25,869 nt of DNA from Candidatus Methylomirabilota bacterium (GCA_036276335.1 DASUPA010000342.1:1-25869); one strand, 5' to 3'. Shown: positions 1-8,618, counted from the stretch's first letter. Made by a program: numbers and translations. The notes: a model not told the origin generated them from the letters alone.

Positions 1-864
1 GTGCTCGGCGACAAGCGCGAGAGCGGCGTGGAGGGCGCGAGGTGGCTGGCCGCGCCCGAGGAGATCCGCCGCGTGCTGGACGCCCAGCCGATCGACATCG
101 TCATCATCGCGCTGCCGCACGCCGAGTACGCGCGGCTCACCGACATCCTGAGCGCGATCGGCGACGAGCCGGTGGCGATCCACCTCGTGCCGGACATCTT
201 CAGCCTCGCCTCGCTGCGCGGCGGCATCGAGGAGTTCGAGACGCTGCCGATCATCCACCTGCGCGAGTCGCCGCTCTACGGCTGGAATCTCGTGCTGAAG
301 CGGGCGTTCGACGTCGCGCTCGGGACCGGCGCGCTGCTCGTCGCGCTGCCCGTCATGGGTGCCATCGCCGCGATCGTGCGGGCCACGTCGCCGGGGCCGA
401 TCCTGTACCGGCAGGAGCGCATGGGGCTCGACGGCCGGCGCTTCCACATGCTGAAGTTCCGGACGATGCTCCCGGACGCCGAGTCCGCCACGGGACCGAC
501 ATGGGCGGTGCCCGACGATCCGCGCCGCACGGCGGTCGGCCGCTTCCTGCGGCGGTGGAGCCTCGACGAGCTGCCGCAGCTGATCAACGTCCTGCGGGGG
601 GAGATGAGCCTGGTCGGCCCGCGCCCCGAGCGCCCGAGCTTCGTCGAGGAGTTCCGGCGCCGCGTGCCGGGCTACATGCTGCGCCACAAGGTGAAGGCCG
701 GCATCACGGGCTGGGCCCAGATCAACGGGTGGCGCGGGAACACCTCGATCGAGCGCCGGATCGAATACGATCTCTACTACATCGAGCGCTGGTCGCTCGC
801 CTTCGACCTCTCCATCCTCCTGCAGACGCTGTGGCTCGGGTTCAGGAACCGCAACGCCTACTGA
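1..864 (+). CDS. Polyprenyl-phosphate glycosylphosphotransferase (WcaJ/WbaP-like, Bac_transf domain), 5'-truncated by the window edge
   Basis: Motifs KFRTM, RWSLDELPQLINVLRGEMSLVGPRPERP, KAGITGWAQING and DLYYIERWS. One TM helix (LKRAFDVALG...) precedes the catalytic domain. Stop TGA at 862-864. Confidence 0.93.
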   Translation: MLGDKRESGVEGARWLAAPEEIRRVLDAQPIDIVIIALPHAEYARLTDILSAIGDEPVAIHLVPDIFSLASLRGGIEEFETLPIIHLRESPLYGWNLVLKRAFDVALGTGALLVALPVMGAIAAIVRATSPGPILYRQERMGLDGRRFHMLKFRTMLPDAESATGPTWAVPDDPRRTAVGRFLRRWSLDELPQLINVLRGEMSLVGPRPERPSFVEEFRRRVPGYMLRHKVKAGITGWAQINGWRGNTSIERRIEYDLYYIERWSLAFDLSILLQTLWLGFRNRNAY

Positions 865-923
865 CCCTCGGCGCGGACCTCGGCGCCACGCTGGCGACCC
901 GGCTCGCCGCCGATCCCCGGCGC

Positions 924-2105
924 GTGATGCTGGTCCTGCTCGTGGCGGGCCTGGCCGCGTCGATCTCGCTCTCCCAGGCGATGCTCGCCGTCGTCGCCGT
1001 CTGGCTGCTGCGCGAGCGCCTGCACGACCGCCTCGCCGTCTCCTGGCCGCTGGCGGCGCCGCTCCTGGCCTTCGGCGCGTGGACGCTCGCCACCGCGCTG
1101 TGGTCGGCGGCGCCGCTGGAGAGCCTGGGTGCGGCGCGCTCGGTCACCATGCTCGCGACGCTGTGGATCGTGCTCCACGTGCTGGGCGACGCGGCCCGGG
1201 CCCGCTGGTTCGCCACCGCGCTGTTCGTCGCGGTGAGCGTGGTGGCCGCGCTCTCGATCGTGCAGGTGGCGACGTGCGGGGGCGAGCGGTTGTACGGGAA
1301 AGCGCTGGCGCTGCCGTCCGTGCTCAGCTCGTTCTTCGGGAAGTGCCAGCGCGCGCACGGCTTCTACAGCATCTACATGACCCTGGCGGGCGTGCTGGCG
1401 ATGGTGCTGAGCCTGACCCTCCCGCGGCTGCTCGACCTGCGCCATCGCGTGGCGTCCATCGCGGGGTGGCTTGCCGGCGCCGTCGCCTTCGCGCTGACGC
1501 TCGTGCGCGGCGCGTGGATGGGCTTCGGCGCCGGCGTGCTGGTGCTCGCCTGCACGGTGCGGCGCCGGGGCCTGCTGCTCGCCGGCGTCGGCGTCGCGGC
1601 GGCGCTCGTGCTGGCGGTGCCCGGCGTGTGGCAGCGGGCGGCCACGCTCGTGGACGCGCGCGATCCCACCGCGCGCGAGCGGCTCGCCATGCTCTCCGCC
1701 GGCCTGGCGCTCGTCGCGGAGCATCCGGTGGCCGGGATCGGCCCGGGGCAGGTCCGCCGGCTCTACCCCGAGTACGCGCCACCCCACGCGGTGCGGCGGC
1801 ACACGAGCCACCTGCACAACACGCCGGTCCAGATCGCCGTCGAGCGCGGTCTCGTGGGGCTCGCGCTCTGGCTGTGGATCTTCGCCGCCTTCTTCGTCCG
1901 GTCGGTGGGGATCTGGCGCCGGCTGCCCGCGGACGCCACGCCGGATCGCGCGCTGGTGGCCGGCTGCGTGGCCGCCATCGCCGCCCTCCTGGTCGGCGGC
2001 CTCTTCGAGTACAACTTCGGCGACACGGAGGTGCTCCTGGTGGCCATGAGCGTGATGGCGCTGCCCTTCGTGGTCGAGCGCGACCGCGCGCGGCGCCCGG
2101 CGTGA
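924..2105 (+). CDS. O-antigen ligase / Wzy_C family inner-membrane protein
   Basis: Many hydrophobic helices, LTLVRGAW motif and HLHNTPVQIAVERGLVG (conserved His loop of WaaL-like proteins). Start is uncertain: GTG 924, ATG 927, or CTG 861 overlapping the upstream TGA. The track's start at 42 is an in-frame extension. Confidence 0.82.
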   Translation: MMLVLLVAGLAASISLSQAMLAVVAVWLLRERLHDRLAVSWPLAAPLLAFGAWTLATALWSAAPLESLGAARSVTMLATLWIVLHVLGDAARARWFATALFVAVSVVAALSIVQVATCGGERLYGKALALPSVLSSFFGKCQRAHGFYSIYMTLAGVLAMVLSLTLPRLLDLRHRVASIAGWLAGAVAFALTLVRGAWMGFGAGVLVLACTVRRRGLLLAGVGVAAALVLAVPGVWQRAATLVDARDPTARERLAMLSAGLALVAEHPVAGIGPGQVRRLYPEYAPPHAVRRHTSHLHNTPVQIAVERGLVGLALWLWIFAAFFVRSVGIWRRLPADATPDRALVAGCVAAIAALLVGGLFEYNFGDTEVLLVAMSVMALPFVVERDRARRPA

Positions 2106-2650
2106 CGCGGCCGTCCGCGATCGCGGCCCGGCTGGCCGCGGTGAAGCTCCTCGTCATGGACGTGGACGGCGTGCTGACCGACGGCGGCCTCTACTACACG
2201 GAGCGCGGCGACGAGGTGAAGCGCTTCGACGTCCGCGACGGGCAGGGGCTGGTGCTGCTCCGCCAGGCCGGCGTGCTGACGGCCGTGATCACCCGCCGGC
2301 GGTCGGAGATCGTGGAGCGGCGGGCCGACGAGCTCGGGATCGTGGAGGTCCACCAGGGCGCGACGGACAAGCGCGCGGTGCTCGAGGCGCTGCTCGCCCG
2401 CCGCGGTCTCGCGGCCTCCGACACCGCCTACGTCGGCGACGACGTCGGCGATCTCCCGGCCATGGCGCTCGTCGGCATCCCGATCGCCGTCGCCGACGCC
2501 GTCTCCCCGGTGAGGCACGCCGCCGTCTACGTCACGCGCGCGCGCCCCGGCCACGGCGCGATCCGGGAGCTCTGCGACCTGATCCTGAGCGCGAAGCGGG
2601 CGCCGTCGGCGACGCGCGCGCGGACGGCGCGCGCCCCGCGCCGCGTCTAG
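2102..2650 (+). CDS. kdsC: 3-deoxy-D-manno-octulosonate 8-phosphate phosphatase (HAD family, KdsC/YrbI)
   Basis: MDVDGVLTDG (DxD motif I), FDVRDGQG and YVGDDVGDLPA. GTG at 2102 overlaps the previous stop (GTGA). Its TAG stop overlaps the convergent anti-sigma stop (CTAG 2647-2650). Confidence 0.9.
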   Translation: MTRPSAIAARLAAVKLLVMDVDGVLTDGGLYYTERGDEVKRFDVRDGQGLVLLRQAGVLTAVITRRRSEIVERRADELGIVEVHQGATDKRAVLEALLARRGLAASDTAYVGDDVGDLPAMALVGIPIAVADAVSPVRHAAVYVTRARPGHGAIRELCDLILSAKRAPSATRARTARAPRRV

Positions 2651-3345
2651 TACGCGAGCGCCGGCTCCGTCGACGTGCGGACGCGGACGAAGTAGTCCTT
2701 GAACCGCTCGAGGTCGTCGACGGAGACCATGTCCGAGACGAGGAAGCAGGCCACGTCGCGCTGCCGCCAGACCCAGGTGACGAAGCCGCTGTCCTTCACC
2801 AGCGCGGGCCGGTAGCGGTCGATCTGGACTCGGTTCCGGTCGGGGACCTTGAGGCCGTCGGCGGGCAGGGCGACGTAGGTCACCAGGTGCCCGTCGAGGT
2901 CGCGGTAGTGCATTGCCACCCCCCGCTGGCGCAGGAGGTACACGGGCTCGGCGCTGACGAATTCCAGCCGGTCGTCGCCGATGAAGACGCTGGTGAGCCC
3001 GATGCCGGTCTGCTGCTGGAGCCACGGCAGCGCGGCCGGGTAGACCTGGGACTGGCGGCTGCCCCACATGAGCGCCCGCGAGTGCTCGCTGACGACGGCG
3101 CGGACCAGCTGGTCGACGGGGTCCAACGGCTGGAGCCGCGGCAGCACCGGCAGCATGAAGAGCGCCAGCACCATGGCCGTGGCGGCGGCGGCGAGCAGCG
3201 GCGACAGCCACGCCGGGCGGCGGGACGACGCCGGCTGATGGGCCTGGACGATGGCCGCCCGCAGCGAGGCGGGGGCCGTGTAGCGCGGCAGCTCGGCGGC
3301 GAGCCGGCGCCCCAGCTGCTCGTCCGAGTCGGGCATCGGCGTCAT
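2647..3345 (-). CDS. Transmembrane anti-sigma factor (RsiW/PrtR-like architecture), no intact ZAS motif
   Basis: Directly downstream of an ECF sigma. Short cytoplasmic RYTAPASLRAAI segment, one TM helix (WLSPLLAAAATAMVLALFML) and a periplasmic domain (VVSEH...AMHY...WVWRQ...LVSD). Confidence 0.72.
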   Translation of the reverse strand: MTPMPDSDEQLGRRLAAELPRYTAPASLRAAIVQAHQPASSRRPAWLSPLLAAAATAMVLALFMLPVLPRLQPLDPVDQLVRAVVSEHSRALMWGSRQSQVYPAALPWLQQQTGIGLTSVFIGDDRLEFVSAEPVYLLRQRGVAMHYRDLDGHLVTYVALPADGLKVPDRNRVQIDRYRPALVKDSGFVTWVWRQRDVACFLVSDMVSVDDLERFKDYFVRVRTSTEPALAY

Positions 3346-3413
3346 TGGATCGAGGTCCGCGAGGCCGGCCCGGACCGCAGGTGGCCTGATCGAGGCGGGC
3401 GTGGCGCCGTCAC
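3342..3413 (-). CDS. Putative 23-aa bridging mini-ORF MTAPRPPRSGHLRSGPASRTSIQ
   Basis: GTG 3413-3411 overlaps the sigma stop (GTGA). In-frame TGA 3344-3342 overlaps the anti-sigma ATG (ATGA). Translated by hand; no evidence of expression. Confidence 0.3.
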   Translation of the reverse strand: MTAPRPPRSGHLRSGPASRTSIQ

Positions 3414-3919
3414 TTCTCGTAATCCTTCAGGAGGCCGCGCAGCCGCTCCTTGGCGCGGAAGATGCGCGATTTCACCGTGCCCACCGGGCACGCCATGACG
3501 CGGGCCACCTCCTCGAGCGGCATGCCTTCGACTTCTGCGAGCAGCAGCACCGTGCGGAACTCCTCGGGCAGGCGGCGCATGGCGCGCTCGAGGTCGGTGT
3601 GGGCCTCCATGGCCCTACCTTCGTCCAGCGGCGTGTCGTGGAACATCGGCGTGTCCCAGTCCGGGACGCCGTCCTCGGCGACCGCCGCCTCGCGCTCGCG
3701 CAGCCGGTAAAACGTGAGGAACGTGTTCCTCAGGATCTGGAACAACCACGCCCGGAGATGGGTTCCCGGCTGGAATCGATGGGAGAACCGGAAGGCGCGC
3801 AGGTAGGTCTCCTGCACGAGGTCCTCCGCCTCCGGCGGATTCCGCGTCAGGTACATCGCGAAGTTGTAGAGCGCGTTGAGGTGCTGCAGGGCGTCCCGCT
3901 GGAACTCGGGATCCGCCAC
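3410..3919 (-). CDS. ECF RNA polymerase sigma-70 factor (SigH/SigR-like)
   Basis: Region 2 AEDLVQETYLRAF...LRAWLFQILRN and region 4 LPEEFRTVLLL...EEVARVMACPVGTVKSRIFRA. GTG start with SD GGAG 6 nt upstream, overlapping the end of folK. Confidence 0.92.
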   Translation of the reverse strand: MADPEFQRDALQHLNALYNFAMYLTRNPPEAEDLVQETYLRAFRFSHRFQPGTHLRAWLFQILRNTFLTFYRLREREAAVAEDGVPDWDTPMFHDTPLDEGRAMEAHTDLERAMRRLPEEFRTVLLLAEVEGMPLEEVARVMACPVGTVKSRIFRAKERLRGLLKDYEK

Positions 3920-3922
3920 CGC

Positions 3923-4471
3923 CTACTCCTCGAACCACCGGGCGGAGTAGCCGCCCGGCCGGACGGTGTGGTCGTCGGCCAGCGTGTCCAGGAGCTCGCG
4001 CACCGTCGCGTAGAGCGTCGGGTGCTCGAGGTCCGGGGCGACGTCGGCGAGCGGACGCAGCACGAACGCGCGCTCGGCGAGCAGCAGGTGCGGCACCTGG
4101 AGGTCGTCGGGGCCGCTGATGACCTCCTCGCCATAGAAGAGGATGTCGATGTCGAGCGTGCGGGGCGCGAACCGGCGGGTCTCCGGCGTGCCGGCGGGCC
4201 GGACGCGCCCGAGCGCGTCCTCGATCCCGTGCAGGCGGTCGAGCAGGGCCCGCGGCGGCAGCGGCGTGTCGACCGCGACCACGCAGTTCAGGTACCAGCG
4301 CTGCTCGCTGCCGGTGCGGCCCGGCTCCTCCTCCCAGGGCTCGGACTCGTAGAGCGGCGACGCGGTGACGAGCTCGACGTCGGCCGCGTCGCGCAGCCGC
4401 TGCACGGCGGCGCGCAGGAGGGCCAGCCGGTCGCCGACGTTCGAGCCGAGGCTCAGGTAGACGCGGGTCAC
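3923..4471 (-). CDS. folK: 2-amino-4-hydroxy-6-hydroxymethyldihydropteridine diphosphokinase
   Basis: YLSLGSNVGDR, LYESEPW, YLNCVV, PRTLDIDILFYG and PH...ERAFVLRPL. Follows folB. Confidence 0.95.
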   Translation of the reverse strand: MTRVYLSLGSNVGDRLALLRAAVQRLRDAADVELVTASPLYESEPWEEEPGRTGSEQRWYLNCVVAVDTPLPPRALLDRLHGIEDALGRVRPAGTPETRRFAPRTLDIDILFYGEEVISGPDDLQVPHLLLAERAFVLRPLADVAPDLEHPTLYATVRELLDTLADDHTVRPGGYSARWFEE

Positions 4472-4472
4472 G

Positions 4473-4835
4473 TCATCGGCTCCGCGTGAGCTCGACGGAC
4501 GGCGTCCCGACCAGGCCCTCGAGCGGCGGGGTCAGCTTGCGCACGCGCACGCGCACCTGCTGCGCGGGGAACTCGCGCAGCAGCGCCTGGGCGATCTGGC
4601 CGGCCAGGCGCTCGATGAGGTTCACGCGGCCCTGCGTGCCGACCTCGACGATGCGCCGGGCGACCAGCCCGTAGTCGATGGCGCTGGCGAGCTCGTCGGA
4701 GGTGACCGCGGGCGTGAGATCGACGGCCAGCTCGGCGTCGACCGAGAACCACACCCCGACCGTCTGCTCGGCCTTCGAGACGCCGTGATGGCCGTAGAAG
4801 CGGACGTCCTCCAGGCGCAGGCGGTCGCCCGTCAC
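4473..4835 (-). CDS. folB: Dihydroneopterin aldolase
   Basis: FYGHHGV..AEQ..G..FSVD, IDYG, NLIERLA and VRVRKLTPP. True start is GTG 4835 (GTGA overlap with the FAH gene), not 5504. Confidence 0.93.
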   Translation of the reverse strand: MTGDRLRLEDVRFYGHHGVSKAEQTVGVWFSVDAELAVDLTPAVTSDELASAIDYGLVARRIVEVGTQGRVNLIERLAGQIAQALLREFPAQQVRVRVRKLTPPLEGLVGTPSVELTRSR

Positions 4836-5590
4836 AGCTTCACGACGGGGTTCTTCAGCGTCCCGATGCCGTCGATGCGGATCTCCACGCGGTCGCCGGC
4901 GGCGAGCGGACCCACGCCGGCCGGGGTGCCGGTCGCGATGACGTCGCCGGGCAGCAGGGTCATGATCTCCGCCACGCGGGCCACCACGTCCTCGACCGAA
5001 AACACGAGGTCCTTGGTGGAGCCGGCCTGGCGCACGACGCCGTTGACCCGGGCCTCCACGGTCACCGCGTTGGGCTCGATGTCGGTCGCGATGCACGGCC
5101 CCAGCGGGCAGAACGTGTCGAACGCCTTGGCCCGGCTCGGGCCGCGGTCGCGCGCCTGGAGGTCGCGCGCGGTGACGTCGTTCAGGCAGGTGTAGCCGAG
5201 CACGTAGTCGCGCACCCGTTCGGCCGGCACGTTGCGGCAGCGCTTCTTCATGACGACGGCCAGCTCCGCCTCGTGCTCGACGCGCGTGCTCTGGGGCGGC
5301 AGCACGATCGGGTCGTTGGGCCCGATGATGGCGCTCGGCGGCTTCAGGAAGATGCGCGGCTCGTCCGGGATGGGCGCCCCCATCTCGGCGGCGTGGTCCC
5401 GGTAGTTCAGCCCCACCGCGACCACCTTCGAGGGCAGCGCCGGCGCGAGCAGCACCACGTGCTTGACCGGATAGCGGCGGCGCCCGCGCGCGAAGACCGA
5501 CCACGGCGTGCCCGAGTACTCGACCACGCTCCCGCCCTCCAGGGCCCCGAACCGCGTCTTGCCGTCCGCGCGAAAGCGCACGATGTGCAT
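4832..5590 (-). CDS. Fumarylacetoacetate hydrolase family protein with short N-terminal (DUF2437-like) extension
   Basis: KVVAVGLNY..H, FLKPPSA, EHEAELAV, NDVTARDLQ, KAFDTFCPLGP and TGTPAGVG. ATG overlaps the dapB stop (TGATG). Confidence 0.9.
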   Translation of the reverse strand: MHIVRFRADGKTRFGALEGGSVVEYSGTPWSVFARGRRRYPVKHVVLLAPALPSKVVAVGLNYRDHAAEMGAPIPDEPRIFLKPPSAIIGPNDPIVLPPQSTRVEHEAELAVVMKKRCRNVPAERVRDYVLGYTCLNDVTARDLQARDRGPSRAKAFDTFCPLGPCIATDIEPNAVTVEARVNGVVRQAGSTKDLVFSVEDVVARVAEIMTLLPGDVIATGTPAGVGPLAAGDRVEIRIDGIGTLKNPVVKL

Positions 5591-6423
5591 CAGGCGATCC
5601 CGAGCACGTCGTGCATCGAGTAGAGTCCGGGCGGCCGGCCCGCCATCCAGCGCGCGGCGCGCAGGGCGCCGCGCGCGAAGGTGTCGCGGCTGTGCGCCCG
5701 GTGGGTGAGCTCGAGACGCTCGCCCAGCGTCCCGAACGACACCGTGTGCTCGCCGACGACGTCCCCCGAGCGCAGCGACATGACGCCGATCTCCTTGCCC
5801 GTCCGCTCGCCCGGCAGCCCGTGGCGTCCGTACACCCCGACCTGCTCGAGGTCGCGGCCCAGCGCCTCGGCCACCACCTCCGCCATCCGGACCGCGGTCC
5901 CGCTGGGCGCGTCCTTCTTGAAGCGGTGGTGGATCTCGGTGATCTCGACGTCGTAGTCGTCGCCGAGCGCCTTCGCCATGATCGCCAGCACCTTGAAGGC
6001 CAGCGTCACCGCGACCGACATGTTCGGCGCCACCAGGATGGCGGCGCGCCGCGCCAGCGCGGCGATCTCCTCGCGCTGCGCGGCGGAGAAGCCGGTGGTG
6101 CCGATCACCGCGCGGGCGCCGGCGTCGGCGACCAGGCGGAGATGCTCCAGCGAGGCTTCCGGCACGGAGAACTCGACCAGCAGGCGGTCGCGGGTGAGGG
6201 CGGCCCCCGCGTCCGCGCCGATGGGGACGCCGAGCCGGCCGGCGCCCGCCACCTCGCCGGCGTCGCGCCCGAGCATTCGATGCCCGGGCGCCTCGAGGGC
6301 GGCGGCCAGGCGGAGGCCGGGGGCCTCGCCGAGGAGGGCGACGATCCGGGTTCCCATGCGGCCAGCCGCTCCGCCGACGACGAGGTCGGTCGTCGGCTCG
6401 CCGGCCGGCGAACCTGCGCTCAT
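5590..6423 (-). CDS. dapB: 4-hydroxy-tetrahydrodipicolinate reductase
   Basis: GAAGRMG Rossmann motif, IGTTG, APNMS, EIHHRFKKDAPSGTA and HRAHSRDTFARGA. Confidence 0.96.
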   Translation of the reverse strand: MSAGSPAGEPTTDLVVGGAAGRMGTRIVALLGEAPGLRLAAALEAPGHRMLGRDAGEVAGAGRLGVPIGADAGAALTRDRLLVEFSVPEASLEHLRLVADAGARAVIGTTGFSAAQREEIAALARRAAILVAPNMSVAVTLAFKVLAIMAKALGDDYDVEITEIHHRFKKDAPSGTAVRMAEVVAEALGRDLEQVGVYGRHGLPGERTGKEIGVMSLRSGDVVGEHTVSFGTLGERLELTHRAHSRDTFARGALRAARWMAGRPPGLYSMHDVLGIA

Positions 6424-6436
6424 GACGACGCGCGGG

Positions 6437-7324
6437 CTACCTGACGAGGCCGTACTGCCGGATGATGCCGCGCAGCACCTCGCGGTTGGCCTCGCTCATG
6501 CGGCACATCGGGAGCCGGAACTCCGGCTCCAGCATGCCGGCCATCGCCATCGCTTCCTTGATCGGGATCGGGTTCGTCTCGAGGAAGGCGGCCCGGGCCA
6601 TCGGGAACAGCCGGTAGTGCAGCTCCCGCGCGCGCTTGATGTCGTTCTCGAGCGCGGCGTGGACCATGTCGGCGGTCTCCCGCGGCAGGATGTTGGCGAT
6701 GACGGAGATCACGCCGTGGCCGCCGACGGCCATCAGGGGCAGCGTCAGGTTGTCGTCGCCGGACAGGACGGAGAAGCCCGGGCCGCACGCCGCGATGACC
6801 TGGGACATCTGGTCCAGCGATCCCGAGGCCTCCTTGACGCCCTTGATGTTCGTCACGTCCTTCACGAGCCGCGACATCGTCGCGGTCTCGATGTTGACCG
6901 CGGTGCGGCTCTGGATGTTGTAAACCACGATCGGCAGCGCCACCGACTCGGCCACCGCGCGGAAGTGCCGGTACAGCCCCTCCTGCGTCGGCTTGTTGTA
7001 GTAGGGGTTCACCACCAGCGCGCCGTCGGCGCCGGCCTTCTCGGCGTGCCTGGTGAGCTCGATCGCCTCGCTCGTCGAGTTGGAGCCGGTGCCGGCCAGG
7101 ATCTTCATCCGCTTGCGGGCCGCCTCCACGACGATCTCCACCACGCGCTTGTGCTCGTCGTGGGAGAGGGTGGGCGACTCGCCGGTGGTGCCGCACGGCA
7201 CCAGGCCGTCGGTCCCGTTGGCCGCGTGCATCTCGACCAGCTCGCGCAGCTTGGCCTCGTCCACCTTGCCGTTCCGGAACGGCGTGACCAGCGCGACGAA
7301 GGAACCGGTGAAGATCGGGTTCAT
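6437..7324 (-). CDS. dapA: 4-hydroxy-tetrahydrodipicolinate synthase
   Basis: ALVTPF, GTTGESPTL, GTGSNST, PYYNKPTQ, YNI..RT, Schiff-base Lys in GVKEASG, and TNPIPIK. ATGA overlap with lysA. Confidence 0.97.
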   Translation of the reverse strand: MNPIFTGSFVALVTPFRNGKVDEAKLRELVEMHAANGTDGLVPCGTTGESPTLSHDEHKRVVEIVVEAARKRMKILAGTGSNSTSEAIELTRHAEKAGADGALVVNPYYNKPTQEGLYRHFRAVAESVALPIVVYNIQSRTAVNIETATMSRLVKDVTNIKGVKEASGSLDQMSQVIAACGPGFSVLSGDDNLTLPLMAVGGHGVISVIANILPRETADMVHAALENDIKRARELHYRLFPMARAAFLETNPIPIKEAMAMAGMLEPEFRLPMCRMSEANREVLRGIIRQYGLVR

Positions 7325-8580
7325 GCCATGGTCTCCCCCGCCACCAGGTCCTCGAACGTCTCCCGGCGGCGCACGATCGTGTAGCGGTCGCCGTCGACGA
7401 GCACCTCGACGGGCCGCGGTCGCGTGTTGTAATTCGACGCCATGACGAAGCCGTAGGCGCCCGCGCTCATCAGGGCGAGGAGGTCGCCCTCTTCCGGCCG
7501 CGGCATCTCGCGGTCCTTGGCGAAGAAGTCGCCCGACTCGCAGATGGGACCCACCACGTCCGCCGTCTCCTTCGCGGCGCCGGCGCGCGCCTGGGCCACC
7601 GGCAGGATCTCGTGATACGAGTCGTAGAACGCGGGCCGGATCAGGTCGTTCATCGCGGCGTCCACGACCACGAAGTTCTTCGTGTCGGTCGCCTTGTGGT
7701 ACAGGACCCGCGTGAGCAGGGCGCCGGCGTTGCCGACGATGGACCGGCCCGGCTCGAGCAGCACCGTGGCGCCGAGCTCCCTGAGCGCCGGCAGCAGCAC
7801 GGTCGCGTACTCGGCGTGGCTGGGCGGCGTCTCGTCGCGGTAGCGGATGCCGAGCCCCCCGCCGACGTCCACGATGGAGATCTCGATGCGCCGCTCGCGC
7901 AGTGTCTTCACGAGGGCGGCGACGCGGGCGGTGGCGTCGGCGAAGGGGGCGCTCTTCGTCAGCTGCGAGCCGATGTGCATCTGGGCGCCGACGACCTGGA
8001 GCCCCGGCAGCTTCGCGGCCTGCTCGTACGCCGCGAGCGCCTGCGTGTACGGAATGCCGAACTTCGAGGTCTTGAGCCCGGTCGAGATGTACTTGTGGGT
8101 GTGCGGGTCGACGTCGGGGTTCACGCGCAGCGCGACCGGCGCCCGCGTGCCCGCCTCGCGGGCCACCTCGTCGAGCACGCGCAGCTCGCTCAGCGACTCC
8201 ACGTTGAACATGAGGATGTCGGCCTTGAGCGCGTCGCGCATCTCCTCGCGGGTCTTGCCGACTCCCGAGAAGATGATCTTCTTCGGCGGCACCCCGGCCC
8301 TGAGCGCGCGGTGCAGCTCGCCCCCCGACACGATGTCCGCGCCGGCGCCCGCGCGGGCCAGCGTGGCGATCACGGCGAGGTTGGAGTTGGCCTTGATCGC
8401 ATAGCAGATGACGTGCGGCACGTCCTTGAAGGCGGCGTCGTAGGCGCCGTAGCTCTCGAGCAGCGCGGCCTTGGAGTAGACGTAGGCCGGCGTTCCCACG
8501 GCGTCGGCCAGCCGGGCCAGGGAGACGGACTCGCAGTGGAGACCGCCGTGACGATACGTGAAGTGCGTCACCGGAGTCAT
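7321..8580 (-). CDS. lysA: Diaminopimelate decarboxylase
   Basis: PLP lysine motif YAIKAN, GADIVSGGE, SKFGI, HIGSQ, GGGLGI, EPGRSIVG, GPICESGD and AGAYGFVMASNYN. Confidence 0.97.
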   Translation of the reverse strand: MTPVTHFTYRHGGLHCESVSLARLADAVGTPAYVYSKAALLESYGAYDAAFKDVPHVICYAIKANSNLAVIATLARAGAGADIVSGGELHRALRAGVPPKKIIFSGVGKTREEMRDALKADILMFNVESLSELRVLDEVAREAGTRAPVALRVNPDVDPHTHKYISTGLKTSKFGIPYTQALAAYEQAAKLPGLQVVGAQMHIGSQLTKSAPFADATARVAALVKTLRERRIEISIVDVGGGLGIRYRDETPPSHAEYATVLLPALRELGATVLLEPGRSIVGNAGALLTRVLYHKATDTKNFVVVDAAMNDLIRPAFYDSYHEILPVAQARAGAAKETADVVGPICESGDFFAKDREMPRPEEGDLLALMSAGAYGFVMASNYNTRPRPVEVLVDGDRYTIVRRRETFEDLVAGETMA

Positions 8581-8589
8581 GTGCAGGAG

Positions 8590-8618
8590 ATCGTTGCCCT
8601 TTTCGAGCGTGAAGTCAA
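8590..8618 (-). promoter_or_regulatory. Putative sigma70 promoter for lysA-dapA-dapB (internal to the operon)
   Basis: TTGACT (8618-8613), 17-nt spacer, AACGAT (8595-8590), then 9 nt to the lysA ATG. The -10 lacks the first T. Confidence 0.45.

Noticed and set aside
42-923. Long N-terminal extensions in the ORF track (O-antigen ligase from 42; also kdsC 1079, folB 5504, lipoprotein 10294, argH 11667, mltG 12854, rpoA 12764, comEC 18078, sensor 20298, membrane protein 24783)
   Set aside because: The extensions overlap neighbouring real genes or promoters and are low-complexity. Better starts exist at stop/start overlaps or SD sites.
3920-4200. Autoregulatory SigH/SigR-type promoter (GGAA-N18-GTT) upstream of the ECF sigma
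   Set aside because: I found no convincing match by eye in the folK 3' region.
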